64,000 nucleotides of DNA from Longimicrobiales bacterium (GCA_965116905.1 OZ220732.1:448001-512000); one strand, 5' to 3'; shown: positions 17,956 through 28,172, counted from the stretch's first letter. Numbers and translations are program-made. The notes: generated by a model from the sequence alone, not told the origin.

Positions 17956-20900
17956 TGGCCACATCCCCCACAGCCGAACCCCCTTCCCCAGGAGCAGGCC
18001 AGACCATGACCGCGCTGAAACCGCCCACCCGCCGCCACCTCCCGGCCCTGCTCGGTCTCGCCGGGTTGGCCCTGGCCACGCCCCTGACGACGCCTCTGGC
18101 ATCGCCCTTGGCGACGCCGCTGACAGCGCCTCTGGCGATGCTCCTGGCCACGCCCCTGACCGCCCAGCAGGCCATCACCGAAGCCGAGTTGGCCGCCTTC
18201 CAGCCGCGGCACGTCGGGCCGGCGGTCACCGGCGGGCGCATTCACGACGTCGAGGCGCTTCCGTACGACCCCTCGACCATCTACGTCGCGACCGCTTCGG
18301 GCGGGCTGTGGAAGAGCGTCAACCGGGGGATCACCTGGACCAACCTCTGGGAGCACATGCCGGTCAGCACCTTTGGCGACCTGGCCATCGCGCCCTCCAA
18401 CCCCGACATCCTCTACGCCGGGACGGGCGAGCAGCAGAACCGGCAGAGCACGTCGTGGGGCAACGGCGTCTACCGCTCCGACGACGCGGGCGCCACCTGG
18501 CGTCACCTGGGCCTCGAAGGGACACACCACACCGGCCGCGTGCAGGTCCACCCCACCGATCCCGACATCGTGTACGTGGCCGCGCTGGGCAACCTGTGGC
18601 GCTCCGCCCCCGACCGAGGCGTGTACCGCTCGCGCGACGGCGGAGGCACGTGGGACAGGGTGCTGTACGTCGACGACCACACCGGTGCGATCGACCTGGC
18701 CATGGACCCGTCCGACCCCGACGTGCTCTACGCTGCCATGTACCAGCGCCAGCGCCGCACCTGGGGCTTCAACGGCGGCGGTCCCGGGAGCGGCCTGTAC
18801 AAGACCACCGACGGCGGCGACAGCTGGCGCGAGCTCACCGACGGGCTGCCCGGCGGCGACAAGGGCCGCATCGGGATCGCCGTCGCGCCCACCAATCCCC
18901 GGATACTTAACATTCTTGTTCAGCATTCCACGGAATCGGGAGGCTACCGCAGCGAGGACGGCGGCGAGAGCTGGGAGAAGGTGAGCGACCAGAATATCCG
19001 GCCGATGTACTACTCCCACGTCTTCATCGACCCCACCGACGAGGACCGCGTCTACACGCTGGCCACCTCTTCGCATCGCAGCGAGGACGGCGGACGCACC
19101 TTCGTCGAGATCGCCGAGCGCCCGACCTACGACGTGGGCGTGCACGCGGACCACCACACGATGTGGATCAATCCGGCCGACCCCGACCACTTCTACCTCG
19201 CGGGCGACGCCGGGCTGCACGAGACCTACGACCGGGGCGTGACCTTCCGGCGCATCAACAACCTCCCGATCGGACAGTTCTACGGGATCACCGTCGACAA
19301 CCGGGACCCGTACTGGATCTACGGCGGCATGCAGGACAACCACTCCTGGATGGGCCCGTCCGCGACACGGTCCTGGGAGGGTATCGTGGACGACGAGTGG
19401 CGCCAGAGCGGCTTCGGCGACGGCATGTACCAGCAGGCCGACCCGGACGGGCGCACGATCTACATCAACACGCAGAACGGGGGCTGGACTCGTTTTGACA
19501 ACAGGACGGGCGATATGATGAGCCTGCGCCTGACCGCGCCGGAAGGCGAGGAGCCGTATCGCTGGGACTGGGTGAGCCCGAGTCTGATTTCCCGGCACGA
19601 CCCGAACACGGTCTACCTGGGCGGCAACCGGCTGTTCATATCGCGCGACCGCGGCGACAGTTTCACCCGCACCGGGGACCTCACGCGGGGCCAGGACCGC
19701 GACGAGCTGGAGATCATGGGCGTGCGCGGCGCCGACATCACGCTCTCCCGCAACGACGGCACCTCGTCGTACGGCGAGATCATCACGATCTCCGAGTCGC
19801 CCCACGACCCGGCGGTGCTCTGGGTCGGCACCGACGACGGCAACGTGCAGGTCTCCGTGGACGGTGCCCGCACGTGGAACGAGGTCTCCGGCAATGCGCC
19901 CGGCCTCCCGGACGGCACCTACGTCAGCCGCGTGCTCGCCTCGGGGCAGGCGCCCGGCACCGCATACGCCACCTTCGACGCGCACAGGGACGGCGACTTC
20001 CGCCCGTTCGTCTACCGCACCGAGGACTACGGCGCCACCTGGACCCCGCTGCACGGCGGGCTGCCGTCGGGCGACGACGACTTCCCGGCGGGCTCCATCA
20101 ACGTGATCGTCGAACATCCCGACAACGCGGACGTGCTCTTCATCGGCACCGAGCACCACGTCTTCGCCAGCACGGACCGGGGCACGTCGTGGGCGAGGTT
20201 CACGACGCTGCCCACCACGGCCTACGACGACATGGTCATCCACCCGCGCGAGAAGGACCTCGTGCTGGGGACGCACGGCCGCTCGATCATCATTATCGAC
20301 GACGTGGGGCCGCTCGCCCGGTACGGCGCCACTGCGGCCGACGCTGTCGCGCTGTACGACACGGGCCCCGGCCGGATCATGAACTACTGGAAGGACACCT
20401 CGTACCGGGCGCAGTCGGTCTTCATGGGCGCCAACCCCGTGGACGGCACGGTGATCACCTACCGTCTCGGACCGGGTTCGGGGCCCGCCCGGCTCACGGT
20501 GCGCAACGCCGCCGGCGAGGTGGTTCGCAGCATGGCCGTCCCGTCCGGGCCGGGCCTGCACCGGGTCGACTGGGACCTGCGCCACGGCCTGCCGAGCGAA
20601 GGGGACGACGCGGAGTGGTCCGCCCACGATCCCGCGGTGGTGCCCCGCCCGCTCGGCCAGCGCGGCCCGTTCGTCTCACCGGGCGTCTACACGGTGGAGC
20701 TGTCGGCGCGTGGCGAGATGCGTACCGGCAACGTGTCCGTCGGCGGCGACCCCGACCTGCCCCTCACGGTCGAGGACTACCGCGAGCGCGAAGCCTTCCT
20801 GCTCGAAATCCTGGAGCTGGGCGAGCAACTCGAAGACGCCGGAGACGCCGCATCCGACCACCGCCGCGACCTCATGCAGCTGTACGGCGCCATCAACGGC

Positions 20901-21008
20901 GGCGGCGTGCGCCAGGGCACGCTGCATCCCCCCACGGCCACCCAGCGCGAACAGCTGGAACGCATCAAGCGTGCGCTGCGGCGGCAGGGGCTGGTGGCCG
21001 ACGCGTGA
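17955..21008 (+). CDS. Secreted VPS10/sortilin-BNR repeat beta-propeller protein (glycosyl hydrolase-like)
   Basis: GPAVTGGRI and repeated Asp-boxes (SDDAGATW, SRDGGGTW, TTDGGDSW, SEDGGESW), GGMQDN, GTHGRS. Start 17955 or 18006. Confidence 0.85.
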   Translation: MATSPTAEPPSPGAGQTMTALKPPTRRHLPALLGLAGLALATPLTTPLASPLATPLTAPLAMLLATPLTAQQAITEAELAAFQPRHVGPAVTGGRIHDVEALPYDPSTIYVATASGGLWKSVNRGITWTNLWEHMPVSTFGDLAIAPSNPDILYAGTGEQQNRQSTSWGNGVYRSDDAGATWRHLGLEGTHHTGRVQVHPTDPDIVYVAALGNLWRSAPDRGVYRSRDGGGTWDRVLYVDDHTGAIDLAMDPSDPDVLYAAMYQRQRRTWGFNGGGPGSGLYKTTDGGDSWRELTDGLPGGDKGRIGIAVAPTNPRILNILVQHSTESGGYRSEDGGESWEKVSDQNIRPMYYSHVFIDPTDEDRVYTLATSSHRSEDGGRTFVEIAERPTYDVGVHADHHTMWINPADPDHFYLAGDAGLHETYDRGVTFRRINNLPIGQFYGITVDNRDPYWIYGGMQDNHSWMGPSATRSWEGIVDDEWRQSGFGDGMYQQADPDGRTIYINTQNGGWTRFDNRTGDMMSLRLTAPEGEEPYRWDWVSPSLISRHDPNTVYLGGNRLFISRDRGDSFTRTGDLTRGQDRDELEIMGVRGADITLSRNDGTSSYGEIITISESPHDPAVLWVGTDDGNVQVSVDGARTWNEVSGNAPGLPDGTYVSRVLASGQAPGTAYATFDAHRDGDFRPFVYRTEDYGATWTPLHGGLPSGDDDFPAGSINVIVEHPDNADVLFIGTEHHVFASTDRGTSWARFTTLPTTAYDDMVIHPREKDLVLGTHGRSIIIIDDVGPLARYGATAADAVALYDTGPGRIMNYWKDTSYRAQSVFMGANPVDGTVITYRLGPGSGPARLTVRNAAGEVVRSMAVPSGPGLHRVDWDLRHGLPSEGDDAEWSAHDPAVVPRPLGQRGPFVSPGVYTVELSARGEMRTGNVSVGGDPDLPLTVEDYREREAFLLEILELGEQLEDAGDAASDHRRDLMQLYGAINGGGVRQGTLHPPTATQREQLERIKRALRRQGLVADA
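18072..18155 (+). repeat. 12-bp tandem repeat x7 in the signal-peptide region
   Basis: Encodes LATP-LTTP-LASP-LATP-LTAP-LAML-LATP. Confidence 0.75.
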
Positions 21009-21460
21009 CCTTCCTCCGCTTCCTCGTCCTTGTCGTCCTGCTCAACGTCGTCCGCTACCTCGTCGCGGGCGTCATCGAGCAGGCGCTCGTGCTGCCGCAC
21101 CTCTTCGGAGCCATGGCGGAGAGCCCGGAGTACTTCAGAACCGAATTCGCGACGTGGGACTGGATCACTTCCTACACCTACAACTTCGTGATGTGGGGCG
21201 TCGCGGCGTGGGTCTTCCACCTGCTCAGACCGGTTCTGAAGGGCGGAGACGTGGTGGCGAGCCTCAAGTCGTTCGGGCTCATGTGGCTGATGTTCGCCGC
21301 GGTCAGCGCCATCTACATGAACCACTACAGCCACCCGCGGGACTTCTACCTCTGGAACATCCTGGACGCGGTGATCGCGTTTGCGACGGTCGCGGTCGCC
21401 AACGGCCTGCTATACCGGCGCGTGATGGCCCCGCCAGCCCGCCGTTCAGGCGCCGTCTAG
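21005..21460 (+). CDS. Hypothetical four-TM membrane protein
   Basis: GTGA overlap with the upstream gene, four hydrophobic segments, GC3-rich codon use. Confidence 0.7.
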   Translation: MTFLRFLVLVVLLNVVRYLVAGVIEQALVLPHLFGAMAESPEYFRTEFATWDWITSYTYNFVMWGVAAWVFHLLRPVLKGGDVVASLKSFGLMWLMFAAVSAIYMNHYSHPRDFYLWNILDAVIAFATVAVANGLLYRRVMAPPARRSGAV

Positions 21461-22818
21461 CGGAACCACCACCACCCGCCGCCGCCGCTGAAGCGGTTGT
21501 TGACGACGTTGTTGTAGATCGAGCCGAACTGGAACGAGAAGCCGAGCTGGAGGGAGTAGTTGAAGTCCTGGGAACGCTGCTGGAGGTTCAGGAGCGCCTC
21601 GGCGTCGGTCGCGCCCTCCGCCGACAGGTAGATCTGGTCGTTGACCCAGGAGATGTTGCCCTCGGCGTTGATGCTGACTCCCCGGGCGATCCGGAAGTCG
21701 ATGTCGCCCCCCAGCCTCACGTTGTAGAGGCCGATGTCGTGGAGGAAGTGGGACCCGGTCATGCTGATGGACGCGTCGCCCCACGGCTGCCTCTGCGAGA
21801 GTTCGAATTCGAGAGACTGCTCCCAGCGGGTCTCAACCGTCTGCAGGAATTGCGTCTGCTCGATGTAGCGCCGGTAGGCGGGCCCGATCTTGTAGAACAG
21901 CGTCAGCGCCCGCCGGGTCGCCTCTTCGTAGGGGAAGAAGCTGTATTCGAGCGCCGGAGTGATCTCGGCCCGGAAGGCCTGGTTGAAGCGTACGATGCGT
22001 CGCATCTCGCCCTGGACCCCGACCGACCAGTGGTCGGCAAGCGAATACGCGATGAGATGGCTGAATCCCCAATCGGTCCTGGAATCGCTGAACGTCGACT
22101 CGTCGGCAAGGTCGATTTCCCGCTGGTTGTAATTCACATTCCCCCGGAAGTTCATCTTCCAGGTGGGGGTCACCCGCGAGGCGCTGAAGTTGCCGTCGAT
22201 CCGCTGGGTGCGCCGCGTCTGCTCGCCCTGGAGCTCTGTCCGTCCCCCCAGCCGGAAGACCCAGAAGTCCCAGGGATCGTCGACCTCCTCCTGCGCGACG
22301 ACGCGCTCCCCAGGATCGGGGCCCTGCCCGTTCAGCAGCACGCTGCTGACTTCCTGAAAGGCCGCGATGTCGTCGAAGAACCCGTTGACCGTGGCGAAGT
22401 GAAGCAGCCCCACGCCGATCGTGCGGGCGATTTCGTCCAGCGTTTCCCGGTCGGTGTTCGTGGGCGGCGCCTGATAGGTCAGTTGACGCTCGTATCCGAA
22501 GTCTCCCGACCCGATGTAATCCAGCCGGTACTCGCGCCCTCCCGCGCCCGTGGTCTGGCTCGTCATGATGACGTGGACGTCCGAGTCGTCCGGGAGGCGC
22601 ACCCAGTTCACCCACGGCAGTTCGGTGCGGAAGTAGTTCTGGTTGCAGTTGCGGCTCGCGCAGTCCAGGAAGACGCTGATCCACTCGCCGTCCTGCCCGG
22701 CCTCTTCCTGTCCGGCGGCGGGCATCGCCAGCAGCGCCAGGGCAAGCACAGGCCCGAACAACGCGCAGGAAGCCGCCGAACCGCGCAGGAGCCGCGGCGC
22801 TTCAGTCCGGTTCAGCAC
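21457..22818 (-). CDS. Exported protein, probable outer-membrane beta-barrel with an N-terminal globular domain
   Basis: Signal peptide, VFLDC...C N-domain, amphipathic strands in the C-terminal half ending YSLQLGFSFQFGSIYNNVVNNRF. Confidence 0.65.
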   Translation of the reverse strand: MLNRTEAPRLLRGSAASCALFGPVLALALLAMPAAGQEEAGQDGEWISVFLDCASRNCNQNYFRTELPWVNWVRLPDDSDVHVIMTSQTTGAGGREYRLDYIGSGDFGYERQLTYQAPPTNTDRETLDEIARTIGVGLLHFATVNGFFDDIAAFQEVSSVLLNGQGPDPGERVVAQEEVDDPWDFWVFRLGGRTELQGEQTRRTQRIDGNFSASRVTPTWKMNFRGNVNYNQREIDLADESTFSDSRTDWGFSHLIAYSLADHWSVGVQGEMRRIVRFNQAFRAEITPALEYSFFPYEEATRRALTLFYKIGPAYRRYIEQTQFLQTVETRWEQSLEFELSQRQPWGDASISMTGSHFLHDIGLYNVRLGGDIDFRIARGVSINAEGNISWVNDQIYLSAEGATDAEALLNLQQRSQDFNYSLQLGFSFQFGSIYNNVVNNRFSGGGGWWWFR

Positions 22819-22846
22819 TCAGGAAGCCGATCAGGCCATGCAGGCA

Positions 22847-23242
22847 TCAGCGGCGCCACGTGGTGACGACGATCGCCCCGGCGACATGGTTGGTGCCGAA
22901 GCGCGTCGTCGCGTCGGACGCGCTCATGTAGCGAATTTCCTCCACCTCGTGGGGTGCCAGCCTCCTCAGCTCTTCGACCTCGCCACGAAGCTGGCCGTCC
23001 ACGTAGACCCGGGGCGTGTGCCGCTGCTGGTTCCGAAGCGACGCCACGCTGCGTGCCAGAAGCCACCGGGGACGCAGTGCCCGGACGGCCTCGAAAGTGG
23101 TATTGTGCGGGACTGCCATCAACTCGTCGGCTGTAATCAGGTTTCTGGAACGGCCGGCACCGCTTGATTCTCCAGACGACGCGCAGCCCGTCGACAGCAG
23201 TACCGCCACCAAAAGCAGGGGCGAATGGGTTCGCGTCAGCAT
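22847..23242 (-). CDS. Lipoprotein consisting of a stand-alone TonB-receptor plug-like domain
   Basis: Lipobox STGC. ITADEL, VYVDG and DATTRFGT..AGAIVVTT align with the SusC plug in this window (IYVDG, AATTLYGT..SGVIQIFT). Confidence 0.75.
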   Translation of the reverse strand: MLTRTHSPLLLVAVLLSTGCASSGESSGAGRSRNLITADELMAVPHNTTFEAVRALRPRWLLARSVASLRNQQRHTPRVYVDGQLRGEVEELRRLAPHEVEEIRYMSASDATTRFGTNHVAGAIVVTTWRR

Positions 23243-23313
23243 CGTACACCTCCGTCTTGCCTTCCGTTCCCGGCCGGCGATTGCGGAATACCGGCCGAAT
23301 CCGTTTCTTCAAG

Positions 23314-23365
23314 TTGACGCCCGCAGTCCCAGTATTGACACCCGCAGTCCCCGTAGCTGTTGACG
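23314..23365. promoter_or_regulatory. Direct repeats in a divergent promoter region
   Basis: ttgac(g/a)cccgcagtccc at 23314 and 23335 (21-bp period), third TTGAC at 23360. Confidence 0.5.
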
Positions 23366-23399
23366 AAACGAGTCCCCAAGGTAGAAGGAAGGGACCGCA

Positions 23400-23834
23400 T
23401 TGAGAAAGCCCAACACTGCACTGGCTGCCGTCGTGGCGGTTGCGTTCACGGTATCGGGTTGCATGTCCGTGCAGCGGGCGCCCGTCCCCGGACCCGAGGT
23501 GCGCAACGGCCTCGATATCCGCGGTGTGATCCTCGGCGAATGCCCGCCGGAGGCGACCGGGTGCGAGTTGTTCGAGTATTCCGAGGTGCACGATGTGCGG
23601 TGGACGGAAACGAGCCTGGTGATTACCGGCGTCGTCCACGCACCCGGCGAAGATGATCACGGACAGATCACCACGGTCGCCTTCCCCCTGGCGGAGGTCA
23701 GCGAGGTGCTGGTCAGCGACATGGACGGCACCCGTGCCTCGATCATCGTCGCGGGCATTCTCATGAGCGCATCCGTCATCATCTCGCTCCTGGTGACCGG
23801 CAAGTCGAAGGACGGCGTGCCGATCGGAACGTAA
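23400..23834 (+). CDS. Hypothetical lipoprotein with a C-terminal TM helix
   Basis: SD aggaaggg, TTG start, lipobox VSGC, hydrophobic C-terminus. Confidence 0.7.
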   Translation: MRKPNTALAAVVAVAFTVSGCMSVQRAPVPGPEVRNGLDIRGVILGECPPEATGCELFEYSEVHDVRWTETSLVITGVVHAPGEDDHGQITTVAFPLAEVSEVLVSDMDGTRASIIVAGILMSASVIISLLVTGKSKDGVPIGT

Positions 23835-23872
23835 GGCGCCCCCGCCAACCTGCCGGCCGGCGGGGGCGCCTT
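23833..23872. terminator. Hairpin between convergent genes, probable bidirectional terminator
   Basis: Perfect 14-bp stem aaggcgcccccgcc ... ggcgggggcgcctt. Confidence 0.75.
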
Positions 23873-23896
23873 GTCCCTCTGTTGCTGTCCGGCTCC

Positions 23897-25228
23897 CTAC
23901 GTACACACCGAGGAGTTCTGAATCTCCGGATTGAGGGTGCATTCGATCTCTGGAACCGGCATGCACGACACGCGCGGTTCGGCGCCCGGACCGATAAGGG
24001 TCCCGCCCTGCAGGAACGGATGCTGCCATCGGTCGAGATCGAAGAGGCGACGCCCCTCGATCCACAGCGTCAGGTAGCGTTCCCGGTCCAGGATCGACCA
24101 GGCGTCGTCCTGGGCGTTCGGAAACTCCAGCGCTCCGGCCGCAGCCGGCTGTTCGATCGGATCCGCGCCGTAGAATGCGCGCACCTCGTTGACCTTGGCC
24201 GTAAAGGTCGCAAGGTCGCCGCCAACCAACGCGGCCTCGGCCTCGATGAGGCGCATCTCCGTGCCGGTGACGATCGGGACGTCGCTCCCGGATTCATTGT
24301 ACTTGTCCTGCCTGTAGTGCGCGGTCAGTCCGTCCGCGCCCTGGTGCGCGCCGCTGCCCTGCCCGGTGCACACGCCCGTCGGCGTCACGCCCTTCGACGG
24401 ATCAGTCGGGTCGTTCCAGGCACCGCAGATCGTGTACGGCGCCCGAGGGTCGCCGTCGAACACACGTTGCGCCGGCGTTGCCCAGACACCCACCTCCGCA
24501 CGTCCCCACGACTCGTTCCACACTCCGTTGCTGTTGGCGGTGAGGTGGTAGATGGCGCTGTGCATGAAGTTGGTGGGCACCATGGACGCCGACTGCACAG
24601 CCGCCGACCAGTTGCCGAGCCCCACGTTCGCCTGGGCGATTCCGCCATGTGCGGCGGTCACGTAGTCGCTCGCACCCGCCGCCGTGCCGATGGTGACCGC
24701 CTGGTTCAGCGCGACAATGGCGCTGTCGAAGGCGGCCGTACGCGGTTGCAGCGGGCCCTTGTCATAGACGAGGTCACAGAAGTTCTCGCCCAGCATCCGG
24801 TGCGCCAGTCCCATCAGCAGGAAGACCCGCGCGGAGCCGTCGAAGCTGTTGGCTTCCCCACCAAGCACGTCCTGGAGCCGCTCCCAGGCCCCTCCCGCGG
24901 CCCAGGCCGCCTCGTGGGCCTGTTCCCAGTGCCCCTCCGAATTCTCGTTGTCGAAGACGCCCCTCCGGTACTGTCCGGTCGAGAAGTAGCTTCCCGTGCC
25001 GGCCAGGTCGTCGGTGAGACGGGCGATATCGAAGGCGTAGAAGTCGCCGATGTCGTTGAACTCGGCCGAAACCCCGGAAACCAGGATCGGCATGAGCTCC
25101 CGCGTGGTGAGGTCCTCGTCCAGGATCCTCCCCGGGTTCAGGACCTCGAGTTCGCAACCCGCCAGACCCACGCCGCACAGCAGGACGGCGACGCTGCCGA
25201 TGCCAGCTTTTCGCGTTCGTTTCGTCAT
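23897..25228 (-). CDS. susD: RagB/SusD-family outer-membrane lipoprotein
   Basis: Lipobox LAGC, EMRLIEAEA, ERYLTLWIEGRRLFDLDR, CMPVPEIE..LNP. Directly downstream of SusC. Confidence 0.88.
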   Translation of the reverse strand: MTKRTRKAGIGSVAVLLCGVGLAGCELEVLNPGRILDEDLTTRELMPILVSGVSAEFNDIGDFYAFDIARLTDDLAGTGSYFSTGQYRRGVFDNENSEGHWEQAHEAAWAAGGAWERLQDVLGGEANSFDGSARVFLLMGLAHRMLGENFCDLVYDKGPLQPRTAAFDSAIVALNQAVTIGTAAGASDYVTAAHGGIAQANVGLGNWSAAVQSASMVPTNFMHSAIYHLTANSNGVWNESWGRAEVGVWATPAQRVFDGDPRAPYTICGAWNDPTDPSKGVTPTGVCTGQGSGAHQGADGLTAHYRQDKYNESGSDVPIVTGTEMRLIEAEAALVGGDLATFTAKVNEVRAFYGADPIEQPAAAGALEFPNAQDDAWSILDRERYLTLWIEGRRLFDLDRWQHPFLQGGTLIGPGAEPRVSCMPVPEIECTLNPEIQNSSVCT

Positions 25229-25244
25229 CGTATTCGTCCCCCCC

Positions 25245-28172
25245 TCAGAAGTTCACGGAGAGGTTCAGGATGAAGATCCTCGGCGGCGCCATGTTGTAGT
25301 ACTCGTTGGGCGTCGAGTCCCCGAACCCGTTGTCGTTGGCCTCGGGATCCAGACCGCGGTAGTTGGTCCAGGTCATCAGGTTCTTGCCGGCGACTCCGAT
25401 CTGGGCGCTGCGGGCGCCCGGCACCATGCCGTCCGGCAGACGGTAGGTTATGGATGCCGAGCGGATCTTGAAGAAGTCCGCCAGATCGGTCCACATGCCC
25501 TGGTCCGAGTACGGCCCGATGCAGCGGGCAATGTCCGAGGCCGGCAGGCCCATCTGCGCCACCCGCGACGAACCCGACCCGCGAAGCGAGTAATACATGT
25601 CCTGGATCGCGGGGCATCCGTCGCCCGGCCACACGCGCCTGCGCACGTTCTGGTACGCGATCCCGATGGGCCTGACCATGCCGTACTGGCCCTCGCCGAC
25701 CAGGTCGATCGTCAAAGAGCGCCACAGGGTCAGGCGGGTGTTGAGACCCACCGTCTCGGTGGGGAACAGGTTGCCGATGTTCCCCTTCTCGTAGTCGGGA
25801 AGCTCCCCGATCGCATCCGGATTCGTCAGGGTGTCGTCCCAGCGTATCCATAGCGGAAAGCCCAGTTGGCGCGAGGTTCCCAGATCCTCCAGGGGACCGA
25901 GATCGGTGATTTCGCTGTCGTTGGTGGTGAAGTTCACACCGATGTCCCACTCAAGGTTGTCGGTCCGGACGGGTACGAAGTTGATCATGGTCTCCGTACC
26001 CCAGTTCTTGACCTCACCGAGATTGCGCCAGGTGCATTCCTCCGTCCCTCCGGAGGGTGCCTCCTGAACGCAGATCAGTGCATCCCGCGTGGTCTGGTCG
26101 AACGCCGTGAACTCGACGATCAGCCGACCGTTCAGGAAAGACGCGTCGGCCCCGTACTCCAGTTCCGTAGACACTTCGGGGCCCAGATCGGAGTTGCCAA
26201 GGTTGGCGATGATGACGGCGGGCACCTGCTCGTCGGCGGATGTCGCCTCGTAGGTGCGTTTGGCGTCGAATGCACCGGGCGCCTTGCCGGACTGGCCCCA
26301 TGCCGCACGCAACTTGAAGGTTTCGGTCCAGTCGAAGGGGAAGAACTCCTCGTCCGAGACGGTGTAGGCGGCTTGAAGCTTGGGATAGGCGGCGAGACCG
26401 AAGCCCTCGCCGAACGTGCTGAAGCCGTCCCACCGGATTCCACCGGTCAGGAAGAGCTTGTCGTTCAGCCCCAGAACCTCCTGCAGGAAGAAACCACCAC
26501 TTCGTTCAATGATTCGGTTCTCGAAAACCCTGGGATTGTTGCCATCGCCCAGAACCTGCTCGCCCGGTCCGGCAAACAGTTCGTCGAAGCCGTTCATCGT
26601 GTAGTTGAACTCTTCGTATACCTGGCCTCCCCAGGAGAAGTCCGAAGTGACGTTGTTCAACGGACTGTAGGAGAAGGTCCCGCTGTAGTCGAAGGTCAGA
26701 TTGCGATCGAACTGCTGATCGATCTCCCGGTCGCCGGTCGCCTCCTCGTAGAAGCCCCATCCCTTGAAGTCGATGAAGTCCGACGAAGTGTAGTCGATCC
26801 CCACGTTCATCCGGTGCGAGAACATGCTGTTCGGTGCCCATCCAACCGACAGGCTGGTCACATACTGGTCGAGATGGGTCAGAATCTCGTTCTCCAGTAC
26901 CAGCGAGTCGTCGTTGCCCGGGGTGTACCCACGGTCCCCGCGCAGCACGTTCAGGTAGAGACCCGATGCGTTGTTGCCGTTGGGGATCCAGGTGATGTTC
27001 CGGCGCGCATAGCTGCTGTTCAGCTGTACGTTGAACCCTTCGGCCGGCTGGAAGGTGATGTTGGCGCGAACGTTGTAGTTGTCCGCCCCCTGCGGATCCA
27101 CCACGCCCTGCCGGTCGCCGTACTGGCCCGACACGAAGTAGGTCGCGTTCTGTCCACCGCCCCGCACGCTCAGGTTGTACACCTGGTGGCGGGCGTTGCG
27201 GAACCAGCTTCCGCTTTCCGGACAGCCGGGCTCGTCGACCCCCATCTCACCCGTCTGGTGGTTGAGGATACCCGGATCACGGCAGGTGTTGAGGAACAGC
27301 CCTGACGGGTTCACGTCAACGCCGGGGCCCTGGTGGGGCATCACGCTGAGACCCTGCTCGACTGAGGCCGTCCACGCCGGAGCTCCCGCCACCCCGCGCT
27401 TGGTGAAGATCTGGATCACGCCACTGGACGCTTCGGTACCGTACAGCGTCGTCGCGGCGGGCCCCTTGATCACCTCCATGCGCTCGATGTCGGCCGGGTT
27501 GATCATGTCGAAGGCCGAAGGCGTCTGCGCGCCCTCGTCGTCCGAGCCGATCGGGTTGTTCTCGAGACGGACCCCGTCGACGTAGATGAGCGGGTTGTTG
27601 CCCTGCTGCAGGGAGTTGTTGCCGCGCAGCCGGATCTGGCTGGCCGCGCCGACCTGCCCGCTGTGGTCGTTCACCTGTATGCCGGTGGTGCGTCCCTGCA
27701 ACACGTCGCCGAAGTCGGTAACCGCCGTGTACTGGATGTCCTCGGCGACGACCTGGCTGATGCTGTTGCCGACCTCGCGCCTGCGGGCCTGCCCTGCCGT
27801 TCCGGTCACGACAACGCCCTCGAGGGCAATGGCGTCCTGGCGGATGTTGAAGTCCGCCGTCGCCGCCCCTCCTGCGGGCACCGTCACCGTCAGTTCCGTG
27901 CTGCCGTAGCCGATAAGGTCGACTCGCACGGTCTGCTCGCCGGCAGGGACGTTCACGAGCAGGTAGCGACCCACGTTGTTGGTCAGCATCCCCAGCGTCG
28001 TCCCGGCGATGGAGATCTGGGCGCCCGCCAGCGGCGCCTGGCTGACCGCGTCTCTGACGCTCCCTGTCACCGTCCCGTTCTGCGCGGCCAGTTGGGCGCT
28101 GCCGACGGTGAGAAAAAGCGAGGCTCCGAGCACGACCATGTGCACGGAGCCTTTCGGTGGAAGAAGCCGCAT
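25245..28172 (-). CDS. susC: SusC/RagA-family TonB-dependent transporter
   Basis: SD aaggaggg, N-terminal carboxypeptidase-regulatory-like domain, plug (PLIYVDG, DIERMEVIKGPAATTLYG), YRGLDPE, C-terminal Phe. Confidence 0.93.
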   Translation of the reverse strand: MRLLPPKGSVHMVVLGASLFLTVGSAQLAAQNGTVTGSVRDAVSQAPLAGAQISIAGTTLGMLTNNVGRYLLVNVPAGEQTVRVDLIGYGSTELTVTVPAGGAATADFNIRQDAIALEGVVVTGTAGQARRREVGNSISQVVAEDIQYTAVTDFGDVLQGRTTGIQVNDHSGQVGAASQIRLRGNNSLQQGNNPLIYVDGVRLENNPIGSDDEGAQTPSAFDMINPADIERMEVIKGPAATTLYGTEASSGVIQIFTKRGVAGAPAWTASVEQGLSVMPHQGPGVDVNPSGLFLNTCRDPGILNHQTGEMGVDEPGCPESGSWFRNARHQVYNLSVRGGGQNATYFVSGQYGDRQGVVDPQGADNYNVRANITFQPAEGFNVQLNSSYARRNITWIPNGNNASGLYLNVLRGDRGYTPGNDDSLVLENEILTHLDQYVTSLSVGWAPNSMFSHRMNVGIDYTSSDFIDFKGWGFYEEATGDREIDQQFDRNLTFDYSGTFSYSPLNNVTSDFSWGGQVYEEFNYTMNGFDELFAGPGEQVLGDGNNPRVFENRIIERSGGFFLQEVLGLNDKLFLTGGIRWDGFSTFGEGFGLAAYPKLQAAYTVSDEEFFPFDWTETFKLRAAWGQSGKAPGAFDAKRTYEATSADEQVPAVIIANLGNSDLGPEVSTELEYGADASFLNGRLIVEFTAFDQTTRDALICVQEAPSGGTEECTWRNLGEVKNWGTETMINFVPVRTDNLEWDIGVNFTTNDSEITDLGPLEDLGTSRQLGFPLWIRWDDTLTNPDAIGELPDYEKGNIGNLFPTETVGLNTRLTLWRSLTIDLVGEGQYGMVRPIGIAYQNVRRRVWPGDGCPAIQDMYYSLRGSGSSRVAQMGLPASDIARCIGPYSDQGMWTDLADFFKIRSASITYRLPDGMVPGARSAQIGVAGKNLMTWTNYRGLDPEANDNGFGDSTPNEYYNMAPPRIFILNLSVNF

